A stretch of DNA of 64,000 nucleotides from positions 64,001 to 128,000 of IMG/VR virus record IMGVR_UViG_3300017963_007659. One strand, written 5' to 3'. The notes below the pieces were generated by a model, which saw nothing but the letters and a program-made list of their open reading frames with translations, did not search any database and was not told where the DNA came from. Each line of letters opens with the position of its first letter. Within the stretch, counting starts at the first letter, position 1. Made by a program: the position numbers and the translations under genes. This document shows positions 56,193 through 64,000 of the stretch, piece after piece. The DNA comes from a virus.

Positions 56193-56601
56193 AGCCGAAC
56201 TGCTGAATGTTGTATCCCGTGTCTTCAAGAATCTCCCCAGCCACCCGACATGCCCGAAGCTCCGTGACGAAGTAGGCGAGACTCCAGATTCTCACGAGGT
56301 TCGAGTTCAGCTCCTTCATGAAGACGTCTCTCATGTACGTCTCCATGTCTTCGTGCACCCACTCAAGTCGCTCCAACGCATGGAGCGCTCTCCGTGTACA
56401 TGTGATCGGATCTCCAGGTACTGGACGATCGAACCCAGGAGCGGTCAGTGTGTGGAGGACTCCGACCGGGACACTGGTGATGATATCGTTGATGGCGACT
56501 GTAATGTACCCCTCTTTATTAGGGACTTCATCTTGGATGACCGCGTCATTTCCCCACCACGATCCTTCCACGATGTGGACCTTCTTACCTTTTCTTCGCA
56601 T
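56104..56601 (-). CDS. hypothetical protein with N-terminal KOW-like motif
   Basis: RKGKKVHIVEGSWWGNDAVI; GAGGAG RBS; 3' end overlaps the convergent gene. Confidence 0.55.
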   Translation of the reverse strand: MRRKGKKVHIVEGSWWGNDAVIQDEVPNKEGYITVAINDIITSVPVGVLHTLTAPGFDRPVPGDPITCTRRALHALERLEWVHEDMETYMRDVFMKELNSNLVRIWSLAYFVTELRACRVAGEILEDTGYNIQQFGFKALESALEEYQALPTPPPFVAPAEIAGQ

Positions 56602-56649
56602 AGGTATCTCCTCTTCAAGAATCACTCTATCAGAAGACAGATGCGCTTG

Positions 56650-56898
56650 TCAAGAATAATCGTGGAGGATGTCGTTGATTACAGGGAGAAACGTGCTCGG
56701 TAAGGTTCTCGCTAGCGTAGATATAGCTGCGTATCGATTCTGGAAGTGCGTCCACTCTCTGATGTCCAAGGCAAGGATGATGTAGGCTCTGTCTTCTTGC
56801 TCTGGCGTCAGTGGGGTGTCGTCAGTGGAGATCTGTAGCAGCCGCCGTCTGGTCCGCGCTAGAAGGTTCTCTTCTGTGATTTGGTTCTGAACAGTCAC
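56650..56898 (-). CDS. hypothetical protein
   Basis: 82 aa. Confidence 0.5.
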   Translation of the reverse strand: MTVQNQITEENLLARTRRRLLQISTDDTPLTPEQEDRAYIILALDIREWTHFQNRYAAISTLARTLPSTFLPVINDILHDYS

Positions 56899-56901
56899 TT
56901 A

Positions 56902-57090
56902 TCACCAGGTCAGCCAACCCTCCGTTCCGCGAAAGGTTGGGAGAGCCAGGTCATCCAGCTCACCGTCTCGAATTGCTTCCCGAAGAGCTTGCTTTGTAAC
57001 AGCACGTCGTCGTCGGTTCTCTTCGCGACGGATTGGGGTGTCTTCCACTCCATAGGGAGTGTTGCCCTTGCGAGCGCCTTTGTTAGCCAT
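56902..57090 (-). CDS. small basic protein
   Basis: GGAGG RBS; RREENRRRR. Confidence 0.6.
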   Translation of the reverse strand: MANKGARKGNTPYGVEDTPIRREENRRRRAVTKQALREAIRDGELDDLALPTFRGTEGWLTW

Positions 57091-57307
57091 GAATGCCTCC
57101 GTTTAGCTATGCTAAATTGGATGCATGTTTCACCTCCTCCTTGAAGGTACCCGACCTTCGAGTATGTTGTCCCATGTTTTGAGTGAGGTGTCAAGCTATA
57201 TTCCGCCAGAAGTCGCTTTTTGACCCCACTTTTGGCGAGATATAGCGTTTTATAAGTGGCCACAACTCTCTGTCTGCTCTTTAAAAGTAGAGTAGTCAAA
57301 GTATGGT

Positions 57308-57550
57308 ATGGGTAGCACGACGGATGAGCATGGGTATCTGAAGTGTCAGCGGGAGCTAGCTGAGAGTTGGCGTCATATTGCGCTGCGCTACGAGGGATTC
57401 TTGAAGAAAAATGAGATTTGTCTTGTGTGCGGGGATCGCATGAGCAGAACTCCTGTAGGACCTGTGTGCCTTCTAGGACACCTTCCTCCCACTCCCGATG
57501 TTAAGAAGCTTTTGGTGGAATGGGTGAAGAAGGTCTGTTCCAACGAATAG
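57308..57550 (+). CDS. small zinc-binding protein
   Basis: CLVC...VCLLGH; motif 4 nt before the ATG. Confidence 0.6.
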   Translation: MGSTTDEHGYLKCQRELAESWRHIALRYEGFLKKNEICLVCGDRMSRTPVGPVCLLGHLPPTPDVKKLLVEWVKKVCSNE

Positions 57551-57634
57551 TAGTCAAAGTCTTGGGTACGACGAGTAGGTTACGTTAACGTTGCCTACCG
57601 ATTCAGCACAGCAGATCGTGAAGGAAGAGACCGC

Positions 57635-57790
57635 ATGACTCTTGTAGGAAGCCTCGTATTTCTCGCCGTAGCCATTTACTCCAAAACCGTAGCATTAGGT
57701 GCTGTCTTCAAACGCTGTTGTGCCGTGACCATGGACTGTGTTGATATCGCGGTCCATGGGCTCGCTTGGGATTGGGCAGACATCCTGTAA
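57635..57790 (+). CDS. possible 51-aa hydrophobic peptide
   Basis: AAGGAAG then ATG; MTLVGSLVFLAVAIYS...; below the ORF-track cutoff. Confidence 0.35.
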   Translation: MTLVGSLVFLAVAIYSKTVALGAVFKRCCAVTMDCVDIAVHGLAWDWADIL

Positions 57791-57838
57791 CTAGAATCAG
57801 CACGTGGCTCTGTAAGCCAGCGGAAGGATAGGGAAAGA

Positions 57839-60800
57839 ATGCGATATCCGCAGTATCTTGCGTCGAACGAGTTGACTGCGCTCGGACGAAAGACTCTTCT
57901 GGACCGATACGCTCGCAAGGCACCGAAGACGGCACCCGTAGAGCTTGGAGACCTCGTCATCCTTTGCACAGACAAGGAGTCTGGACAGAGGGAGATTGGC
58001 AGCGTCATCGGAGTCAACAACGATGACCGGACCGTCAATATTCGCGCGGAAGATGGGGAAGAGTACACCGTCGATGTGGAGGAGGTAGACAAGCCTCTGG
58101 AGACGGATCCTCAAGATGTGGTCCAGCGTGTCGCTCGCGCCCTATCGAAGGTTGAGGAGAAGCCTCGTCGCTGGGAGAACATCTTCAAGAAGCTGATGGG
58201 CAACTGGAAGTTCGTTCCAGCTGGTCGCATTCTCACCGGAGCAGGTATCCAGCAAGAGACGCCGCTCACCTTCTTCAACTGCAACGTCATCCCAGCTCCC
58301 AAGGATAGCCGAGAAGGGATCATCGACACAGCAAAGATTCTCGCGGAGCTGTTCTCCCGTGGGGCTGGCGTCGGGACCTACCTCTCCTCTCTGCGTCCTC
58401 GCTTCGCCTACGTGAAGGGTGTCAACGGACGCTCTTCCGGGGCTGTGAGCTGGGGGTCTCTGTACTCGCATCTCACGGGGCTCATTGAGCAAGGAGGCTG
58501 CGTCACTGGAGAGACTCTTGTAGCTACGTCTAAGGGTGATTTTCCAATCAAGAATCTTGTAGGAACGACACCAGACGTCTATTCTTATGACTGCTCCACA
58601 GAAAGGACTGTGCTCAAAACAGCGAAGTGGGTGGGTAAGACCGGGGATAGTCAAAGAATCCTACGACTTACGACAACCCAGGGTCTTATTCTTGAAGCTA
58701 CTCCTGACCATCTCATCCTGTGTGCTGACAAAAAGTATCGTCCTCTACAAGAATTGGAGGTAGGGACGGCACTGAATGTCGAGAGTGCTTCTATCCACCA
58801 TGTCCAATCCGTAGAAGACTGTGGGGAAGAAGACGTTTACGATCTCGAAGTCCCTGATACTCACAATTTCTTTGTATTCTCGAAGGGTTGTAAAGAGGGT
58901 GTCTTCATACACAACTCCCGTCGCGGTGCCGCAATGCTCGTTCTACACGTCTGGCACCCGGATGTGTACGAGTTCATTGAGTGCAAGAGGGAGCCCAAAG
59001 CTAAGCAGCTCGCTCTCCTGGCTGACAAGCTCGAATACGGCTTTGGTCTCACGGAGTTCGCTCAAGAAGCCAGAGATCTCGCGGGGCAATGGCCAGCTCA
59101 CATCCAGCACGCCAATCTCTCGGTTGGAATCACAGACGATTTCATGGAAGCTGTTATTCACGATCGGGACTGGCAGCTCGTCTTTCCTGATACGACAGTT
59201 CCGGAGTACACAGAGAAGTGGGATGGGGACCTCAAGAAGTGGCAAGAGGAAGGTCATCCAATCAAAGTCCACAAGGTAGTCAAGGCGCGCGACCTGTGGA
59301 ACAAGCTCATGTACTCCGCGTGGGACTCGGCTGAGCCGGGAGTCATCTACATCGATACGGTCAACAGTGAGAGTACCTCATGGTGGTACTGCAACATGCT
59401 GGCGACGAACCCTTGCGGAGAGCAGCCTCTCCCGAGCTGGTACGGTGTCTGTAACCTTGGAGCAATCAATCTCCCTCGCTTCCTCATGGAGGATCCAGAC
59501 GACCCGAACAAAGTCATCCTTGACAAGGAAGCCTACAAGAATGCGATCCATGTCTCCATGCGCTTCCTGGACAACGTTATCGACACCACTCCCTACTTCT
59601 TCGATGAGCAAGAATACAATGCGAAGCGTGAGCGTCGAGTTGGCTTGAGTCCCTTCATGGGGCTTGCCGAAGCTCTGGTCATTCTTGGTATTCGCTATGG
59701 GTCTGAGGAGGCGGTAGACTTCGTGGAGGAGGCTGGCTTGGTCGCGGCTTCAGAGTCCCTCAGAGCCAGCGTGGACCTCGCAGAAGAGAAGGGCTGCTGT
59801 GATGTGTTGGCTACTCCAGAGGACCGGGAGAAGTTCTTGGAGAGTCTGTATGTGCAACGTATTCTCCGGTATCTGCCTCCAGAGGACAACCAGGACTTGC
59901 AGTCACGGATTCGTGAGCATGGAGCCAGGAACGTGAGCTTCACGACCTCAGCGCCTACCGGGACCATCGGGACCATGGTGGCAACGTCTACCGGAATCGA
60001 GCCCTTCTTTCGTTTCGAGTACCGCCAGAACACCAATCTCGGAACCCATATCAAACGAGAGCGTGTTCTGGATGAATGGTATAGGCAACACGGTGAGAGC
60101 GCTGCTGTTCCGGATTACTTCGTGAGCGCTGGGGAGCTGACTCCAAAAGAGCACCTCGTCATGACTGCTGCGCTCCAGCGGTGGATTGACTCAGGTATCA
60201 GTAAGACCTACAACCTACCACAGGAGTATACACCAGAGGACATCGGAAAGATCTACATGGAGATCTGGAAACGTCGATGTAAGGGAGGCACGGTCTTCCG
60301 TGAAGGGTCTCGTACCGTTCAGGTTCTTGAGAGTCTCGACCCCAAGGAGAAGAAGACGTTCGAGATGAGCTTCCCGGAGAAGACTCCTGGACCGCCGAAG
60401 GGGGACAAGAAAGATGGTTCCACGTGGTCCATCGACTCTCCCTCTGGTACCCTGCACGCTACGTTCAATCAGTATCCGACGCCAGACAACCCCTTCGAGA
60501 CATTCCTGAGAATTGGGAAGGCAGGCTCTGATGTTGGAGCTATGACCGAAGCTTTCGGACGTGTCATCTCCCTCTTCCTCCAGATGAGAGGTCCAATCCG
60601 GCCCACAAGACGCTGTGAGCTTCTTGTCGAGCAGCTTGAGGGGATCGGTGGTCGAGACCAGGTTGGCTTCGGTCCAAATAAGATTCGTTCGATCCCTGAT
60701 GCGATTGCTAAGTCGATAAGTCGACATTTGCAGTCAATAGTAGGTAGGGACGATGACTTGTCATGCTCAGAAGATGAAGAAGAGAAACCAGCTTCAACTC

Positions 60801-60895
60801 ATGGCTTGGATATGTGTCCCGAGTGTGGTAATCTCGGATTGCGGTCGGAGGAAGGGTGCACGAGCTGCGCCTTCTGCGGCTATAGCAAATGCTGA
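57839..60895 (+). CDS. nrdJ: class II (adenosylcobalamin-dependent) ribonucleotide reductase, intein-containing
   Basis: PAGRIL, FFNC, DSREGI, GAGVG, RRGAAM, TNPCGEQPL, CNLG, APTGT, ISKTYN, TSCPD-type C-terminus ending CPEC...C..C; no adjacent nrdB. Confidence 0.92.
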   Translation: MRYPQYLASNELTALGRKTLLDRYARKAPKTAPVELGDLVILCTDKESGQREIGSVIGVNNDDRTVNIRAEDGEEYTVDVEEVDKPLETDPQDVVQRVARALSKVEEKPRRWENIFKKLMGNWKFVPAGRILTGAGIQQETPLTFFNCNVIPAPKDSREGIIDTAKILAELFSRGAGVGTYLSSLRPRFAYVKGVNGRSSGAVSWGSLYSHLTGLIEQGGCVTGETLVATSKGDFPIKNLVGTTPDVYSYDCSTERTVLKTAKWVGKTGDSQRILRLTTTQGLILEATPDHLILCADKKYRPLQELEVGTALNVESASIHHVQSVEDCGEEDVYDLEVPDTHNFFVFSKGCKEGVFIHNSRRGAAMLVLHVWHPDVYEFIECKREPKAKQLALLADKLEYGFGLTEFAQEARDLAGQWPAHIQHANLSVGITDDFMEAVIHDRDWQLVFPDTTVPEYTEKWDGDLKKWQEEGHPIKVHKVVKARDLWNKLMYSAWDSAEPGVIYIDTVNSESTSWWYCNMLATNPCGEQPLPSWYGVCNLGAINLPRFLMEDPDDPNKVILDKEAYKNAIHVSMRFLDNVIDTTPYFFDEQEYNAKRERRVGLSPFMGLAEALVILGIRYGSEEAVDFVEEAGLVAASESLRASVDLAEEKGCCDVLATPEDREKFLESLYVQRILRYLPPEDNQDLQSRIREHGARNVSFTTSAPTGTIGTMVATSTGIEPFFRFEYRQNTNLGTHIKRERVLDEWYRQHGESAAVPDYFVSAGELTPKEHLVMTAALQRWIDSGISKTYNLPQEYTPEDIGKIYMEIWKRRCKGGTVFREGSRTVQVLESLDPKEKKTFEMSFPEKTPGPPKGDKKDGSTWSIDSPSGTLHATFNQYPTPDNPFETFLRIGKAGSDVGAMTEAFGRVISLFLQMRGPIRPTRRCELLVEQLEGIGGRDQVGFGPNKIRSIPDAIAKSISRHLQSIVGRDDDLSCSEDEEEKPASTHGLDMCPECGNLGLRSEEGCTSCAFCGYSKC
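58499..58915 (+). mobile_element. 139-aa mini-intein in NrdJ (no homing endonuclease)
   Basis: QGG|CVTGETLV...ATPDH...VYDLEVPDTHNF...IHN|SRRGA. Confidence 0.92.
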
Positions 60896-60901
60896 GGTGC
60901 T

Positions 60902-61183
60902 ATGAAAGGGAACCGAATGATTCTGACGTCTTACGAATGGGGTGAGCGCATCGACTACTTCATCCAAGAGGTGGAGAGCAATAGCACTCACCCCGTATCG
61001 ATGATGGCTGACCTCGCTTTCTTGTATCGCCACATCGATGGGGAAGTGTTCGAGAGGTCAGAAGAGAACAATGATCGAGTCGACAGGTTGGTGGAGGCGT
61101 GCACGGTTGCAGGCGTCTCCATCGATGGTGTGGCTAAGATTGTGGAACAACAACGGTTTTTTGAAGCTAAGAGGAGAAGCTGA
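60902..61183 (+). CDS. hypothetical protein
   Basis: GAGG RBS. Confidence 0.6.
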   Translation: MKGNRMILTSYEWGERIDYFIQEVESNSTHPVSMMADLAFLYRHIDGEVFERSEENNDRVDRLVEACTVAGVSIDGVAKIVEQQRFFEAKRRS

Positions 61184-61515
61184 TGGGGAAAATAAAGTAC
61201 GGCAACAAGAAAAGTCACGGTGGTGCGATGGCAAAAGCCATGGTCGTTGGGATGGAGAAGAGGCATGCTCACGCGCAGACGGCGAAGCGAAAGAGGATCT
61301 TCAGTAGATTCATGAAGACAGAGAAGGGTCGGCAGGTCGCGGCGCAGATTGAAGCTGGAGCCCTCCCTGCCGAGAGCATCGAAGTCGATGGCAACAACAT
61401 CGAAGTCAAGGCGACCGTCAATCCAGAGGTTGCAGAGGACACTTCCTCCGATGAAGGCTCAGAAAACGAGTCAAAGGATCAGGAGGAGGAAGGCGATGAG
61501 CGAACGGAAGATTGA
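61183..61515 (+). CDS. hypothetical protein (basic N-terminus, acidic C-terminus)
   Basis: AGGAG RBS; coupled. Confidence 0.6.
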   Translation: MGKIKYGNKKSHGGAMAKAMVVGMEKRHAHAQTAKRKRIFSRFMKTEKGRQVAAQIEAGALPAESIEVDGNNIEVKATVNPEVAEDTSSDEGSENESKDQEEEGDERTED

Positions 61516-61828
61516 CTTCGTTGACGGTGATGTCGTGCTGTTCCTGTCTGGAGGCGTGGCGGTTCGCCGAGATGGTGTGGGGATGTATCGGGTGGATATC
61601 CGAGATGAGCCACATACCATCCAAATCTACTACCATGCAGGTGTTGGCTTTATCAACATAAACGATAACAGTCGTGACACAAGGATGCGCCTGCTTCTTC
61701 CGAGGGGGCTTGGGTCCAATCTTGAAGACGATATCGTCAGTGCTATGCTGGAGTTGGAGATCCTCTCTCAGATCAACAGCGACAAGGCTCAGAAGGGCAA
61801 GCTGCCTGACGGTTGGGCGAAGAAATGA
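61496..61828 (+). CDS. hypothetical protein
   Basis: ATG 61496 after GGAGG. Confidence 0.55.
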   Translation: MSERKIDFVDGDVVLFLSGGVAVRRDGVGMYRVDIRDEPHTIQIYYHAGVGFININDNSRDTRMRLLLPRGLGSNLEDDIVSAMLELEILSQINSDKAQKGKLPDGWAKK

Positions 61829-61965
61829 CCTCTTCCAACGAGAAGTCCTATCGTGCCGTTGAGATGGCTAAGGTGTCTGCGCGCTATCGTCTCCGACTCG
61901 TCCGTAAGGTCATTGAAAAGCTAGACAAGAAAGCCTCAAGTAGAACCTCCGTTTCCGCACACTAA
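61825..61965 (+). CDS. 46-aa basic peptide
   Basis: ATGA-coupled to the previous gene. Confidence 0.4.
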   Translation: MTSSNEKSYRAVEMAKVSARYRLRLVRKVIEKLDKKASSRTSVSAH

Positions 61966-62023
61966 CACCTCCTACGTTACTATGCGGTTCCACTGTTATC
62001 GAAATCCAGTCAAAGTACAGTAA

Positions 62024-62515
62024 GTGAGAAGACAGATGGCAAACAAAGAGGAAGAGCTGTACTACATTCAGGACACACGCAGTGTGGTAGGAGACTGCGT
62101 TCTGTGGTGGGGTCCAGACGGCAATGGCTACACCCTCAATATCGAAAGGGCTGGCCTATACACCTACAAGCAGGCGTCGAGCCATCGGGAAACCGACGTT
62201 CCTTGGCCAAAGTCCATGGTCGACAGCCTCATCTCTTCTCATGTGCATATCGACAGCTTGAGAACGGTTCCCACAGTTGAGGTCAAGCGGTGGAAAGGCG
62301 ATTGGTACAAAACCACACACCAGGTCGTCCGGACAACGGAAACGCAGATCCTCATTTCGTGCGGACAGCGAGAGGAGCGCTACAGTCGAAAGACGGGACG
62401 TCGCGTCGGAGCTTCCAAGCAAGGACTCCGGAGCGCGAGACTCCCGCGCATCGAAAAGAGAGAACTCAAGTGGCTTGAGTCGAGGCTCACGAACACGTGG
62501 AACAAAAAACGCTGA
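62024..62515 (+). CDS. conserved-type phage protein
   Basis: YYIQDTR.VVG...LWW...G.GYT......GLYT...TDVPWP; start may be ATG 62036. Confidence 0.65.
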   Translation: MRRQMANKEEELYYIQDTRSVVGDCVLWWGPDGNGYTLNIERAGLYTYKQASSHRETDVPWPKSMVDSLISSHVHIDSLRTVPTVEVKRWKGDWYKTTHQVVRTTETQILISCGQREERYSRKTGRRVGASKQGLRSARLPRIEKRELKWLESRLTNTWNKKR

Positions 62516-62543
62516 AGTTTTGAGAGCAATTCTCAAAGAAAGG

Positions 62544-62554
62544 TAGTCAAAGTA
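62544..62554 (+). promoter_or_regulatory. YAGTCAAAGTA motif upstream of the TnpB-like gene
   Basis: Perfect TAGTCAAAGTA 7 nt before ATG 62562; no Shine-Dalgarno. Confidence 0.65.
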
Positions 62555-62561
62555 TATTGTC

Positions 62562-63743
62562 ATGAAGGTTTATCGCTCGACACGCTGTACCTTGAAGTAC
62601 ACCAATCCACACAAGCTGGACATCTTGTCTGAGATTATAGACGAGTACGGCAGGGTGGTGCGGTTGTACATCGACTTGTTCTGGGAAAAGTCGCGATACC
62701 TTCATAATAATGACCTCTTGAAGCCTGTCATCGAATCAATCCCTCCGACGTGGCTGGGATATAAATTCAAAAGGGACGCGGCTCGTGAGGCTCTGCGAAA
62801 CATCCGGTCTATAACGAATAGACCAGGGACGCCACAAAAGAAGCCGAACTATAAAGGGCGGTCAATGACTCTCCATTTTGACACCGCCTATCTGACGGAC
62901 TCCAAAAAGACAGATTCTTTTGACGCCTGGTTTAGATTGCGTGGAGTTGGGAAGTATTCGGATACAGGAGAGGGGATATGCATCGCTTTTCCTATAAAAT
63001 TCCACAAGCATTTCAATCAATTGAGCGCCAAAGGAAGGCGCGTCAATACTATCCATGTCTATCGGGACTCAGTACAATTCATCTTTGAACTTGAGACCGG
63101 GGAGAAGAGGACCAAGGGCAAGCAGGTCGGAGTCTACACAAATGGGGAGACTCTTGCCACTATCTCCGATGGCACGAAGTACGGTACGGACATCGGACGC
63201 TATGTCGATCGTGTACAAAGATGCGTGCCTGGGTCAAAGGGCCACAGGAAGGCGCAGCGAGCGCTCAAACAGCGTCTGAATGAAGTAGTCAAAGAAATTG
63301 GGCGTAAGCATGTCAAGCTCTTTGTGCTTGAGCGTGCCAAACCCAAGAAGGATGCGATAGGCGGACGTTGCTCGCCAGAAAACAAGCAACGATCTCTCGG
63401 TATCTGGGCATACACCTACTGGTTGGAGAGGTTTCATAGAGAGTGTGAGATGAGACGTTCTCGCTTTCGCTCTACCGCTCCTGTATATACCAAGACGTGT
63501 TGTTCAGCATGTGGAAGTACCGAGAGGAGTAATCTGTCCGGTGAAACGTTCCTGTGTACCACATGTGGTCATAGGAGCAAAGCAGCAGTGAACGTTGCTC
63601 AAAACACTTTGGACAGGTATCTCTCTGGACCCTACGGTGCCAGATTCAAACCCGGACGCTCTGGAAAACGAGGTCAGGGAACGGTATTTGTACAATCGCC
63701 TATCTCTCAAAAACAGGGATCGACGAAAGGACTACAAGAATGA
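62562..63743 (+). CDS. tnpB: TnpB-family RNA-guided protein, predicted nuclease-dead (TldR-like)
   Basis: TnpB architecture (SDGTKYG, CSACG...F.C..CGH zinc finger, N..QN). RuvC-I reads GVYT (D to Y192), RuvC-II E257 kept, RuvC-III reads KAAVN (D to A342). No tnpA in the window. Confidence 0.85.
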   Translation: MKVYRSTRCTLKYTNPHKLDILSEIIDEYGRVVRLYIDLFWEKSRYLHNNDLLKPVIESIPPTWLGYKFKRDAAREALRNIRSITNRPGTPQKKPNYKGRSMTLHFDTAYLTDSKKTDSFDAWFRLRGVGKYSDTGEGICIAFPIKFHKHFNQLSAKGRRVNTIHVYRDSVQFIFELETGEKRTKGKQVGVYTNGETLATISDGTKYGTDIGRYVDRVQRCVPGSKGHRKAQRALKQRLNEVVKEIGRKHVKLFVLERAKPKKDAIGGRCSPENKQRSLGIWAYTYWLERFHRECEMRRSRFRSTAPVYTKTCCSACGSTERSNLSGETFLCTTCGHRSKAAVNVAQNTLDRYLSGPYGARFKPGRSGKRGQGTVFVQSPISQKQGSTKGLQE

Positions 63744-63745
63744 CC
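63540..63745 (+). ncRNA. predicted omegaRNA/guide overlapping the tnpB 3' end (boundaries unknown)
   Basis: By family knowledge, TnpB omegaRNAs overlap the 3' end of the ORF; not directly demonstrable from sequence. Confidence 0.35.
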
Positions 63746-64000
63746 TACTGTTGTCCTCTATGTGACCTGGAGATCACCAAGGACCGTCCGTACTGTAGCA
63801 ACATGTACTGCACCGTCGGCTACTACAACTGTCTATCCATGAACTGTCTATCCATGCCAGATGCTCCAGACATGGAGGATGTCGACAATCCTCTGGATAA
63901 ACGGGAAGCTCTCAATCGAAAGCAGGGTTCCTATTTTGGAGTGGATGCGGCTTCTCAGTGGCTACTGGAGAGAGCAGCATATTCTTTCACGAAGAATCAG
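63740..64000 (+). CDS. Cys-rich hypothetical protein, truncated by the window end
   Basis: ATG overlaps the tnpB stop (ATGA); MTYCCPLCDLEITKDRPYCSNMYC... open to 64000. Confidence 0.55.
   Translation, partial: MTYCCPLCDLEITKDRPYCSNMYCTVGYYNCLSMNCLSMPDAPDMEDVDNPLDKREALNRKQGSYFGVDAASQWLLERAAYSFTKNQ

Noticed and set aside
57561-57838. Cobalamin riboswitch upstream of nrdJ
   Set aside because: I could not find the conserved B12-box or core motifs by eye; kept only as an unspecified structured leader.
58426-58435. CGGACGCTCT match between nrdJ and the tnpB 3' region as a guide-target pair
   Set aside because: Only 10 nt, inside a CDS, with no consistent flanking motif; compatible with chance.
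62500-63745. Active IS200/IS605 or IS607 element
   Set aside because: No tnpA in the window, the RuvC triad is broken and no ends could be defined confidently. The flanking TCTCAAA/TTTGAGA segments (about 62519-62537 and 63704-63713) may be end remnants but are too short to call.
1-64000. tRNA/rRNA genes, reverse transcriptase (DGR/retron), stop-codon reassignment
   Set aside because: No cloverleaf or T-loop context outside CDSs was seen, no RT motifs were found, and long genes are intact in code 11 with TAA, TAG and TGA all used as stops.

Overview
The window is most simply read as a 64 kb slice of a large, uncharacterised dsDNA tailed-phage genome infecting a bacterium. The bacterial host is inferred from sigma70-type TTGACA-17-TAGTGT promoters and GGAGG ribosome-binding sites. 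It uses standard code 11 and is mostly about 50-60% GC by spot counts. Layout: (i) 590-16686 virion tail/baseplate/fibre module; (ii) 17.4-34.2 kb mostly minus-strand genes, including three orphan DNA methyltransferases, an RlmN/Cfr-like radical SAM enzyme, a UDG-fused family A DNA polymerase, a Pol-beta nucleotidyltransferase and ArdC; (iii) 34.3-50 kb small early genes behind repeated promoter cassettes, a deaminase, a Prim-Pol protein, oligoendopeptidase F and a matrixin; (iv) 50.4-61 kb DnaC-like, DnaB, sliding-clamp-like and an intein-containing class II ribonucleotide reductase; (v) 62562-63743 an intact TnpB homologue with two of three RuvC catalytic residues substituted. Two DNA motifs recur: a host-type early promoter with an ATTCT(T/G)G-TAGTGT core, and YAGTCAAAGTA, which sits exactly 4 nt before the ATG in eight genes. 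The best candidate for an undescribed system is a phage-domesticated nuclease-dead TnpB (TldR-like). Its 3' end carries an 11-nt reverse complement of the phage's own early-promoter core. All family calls come from motif recognition by eye; no database searches were run.
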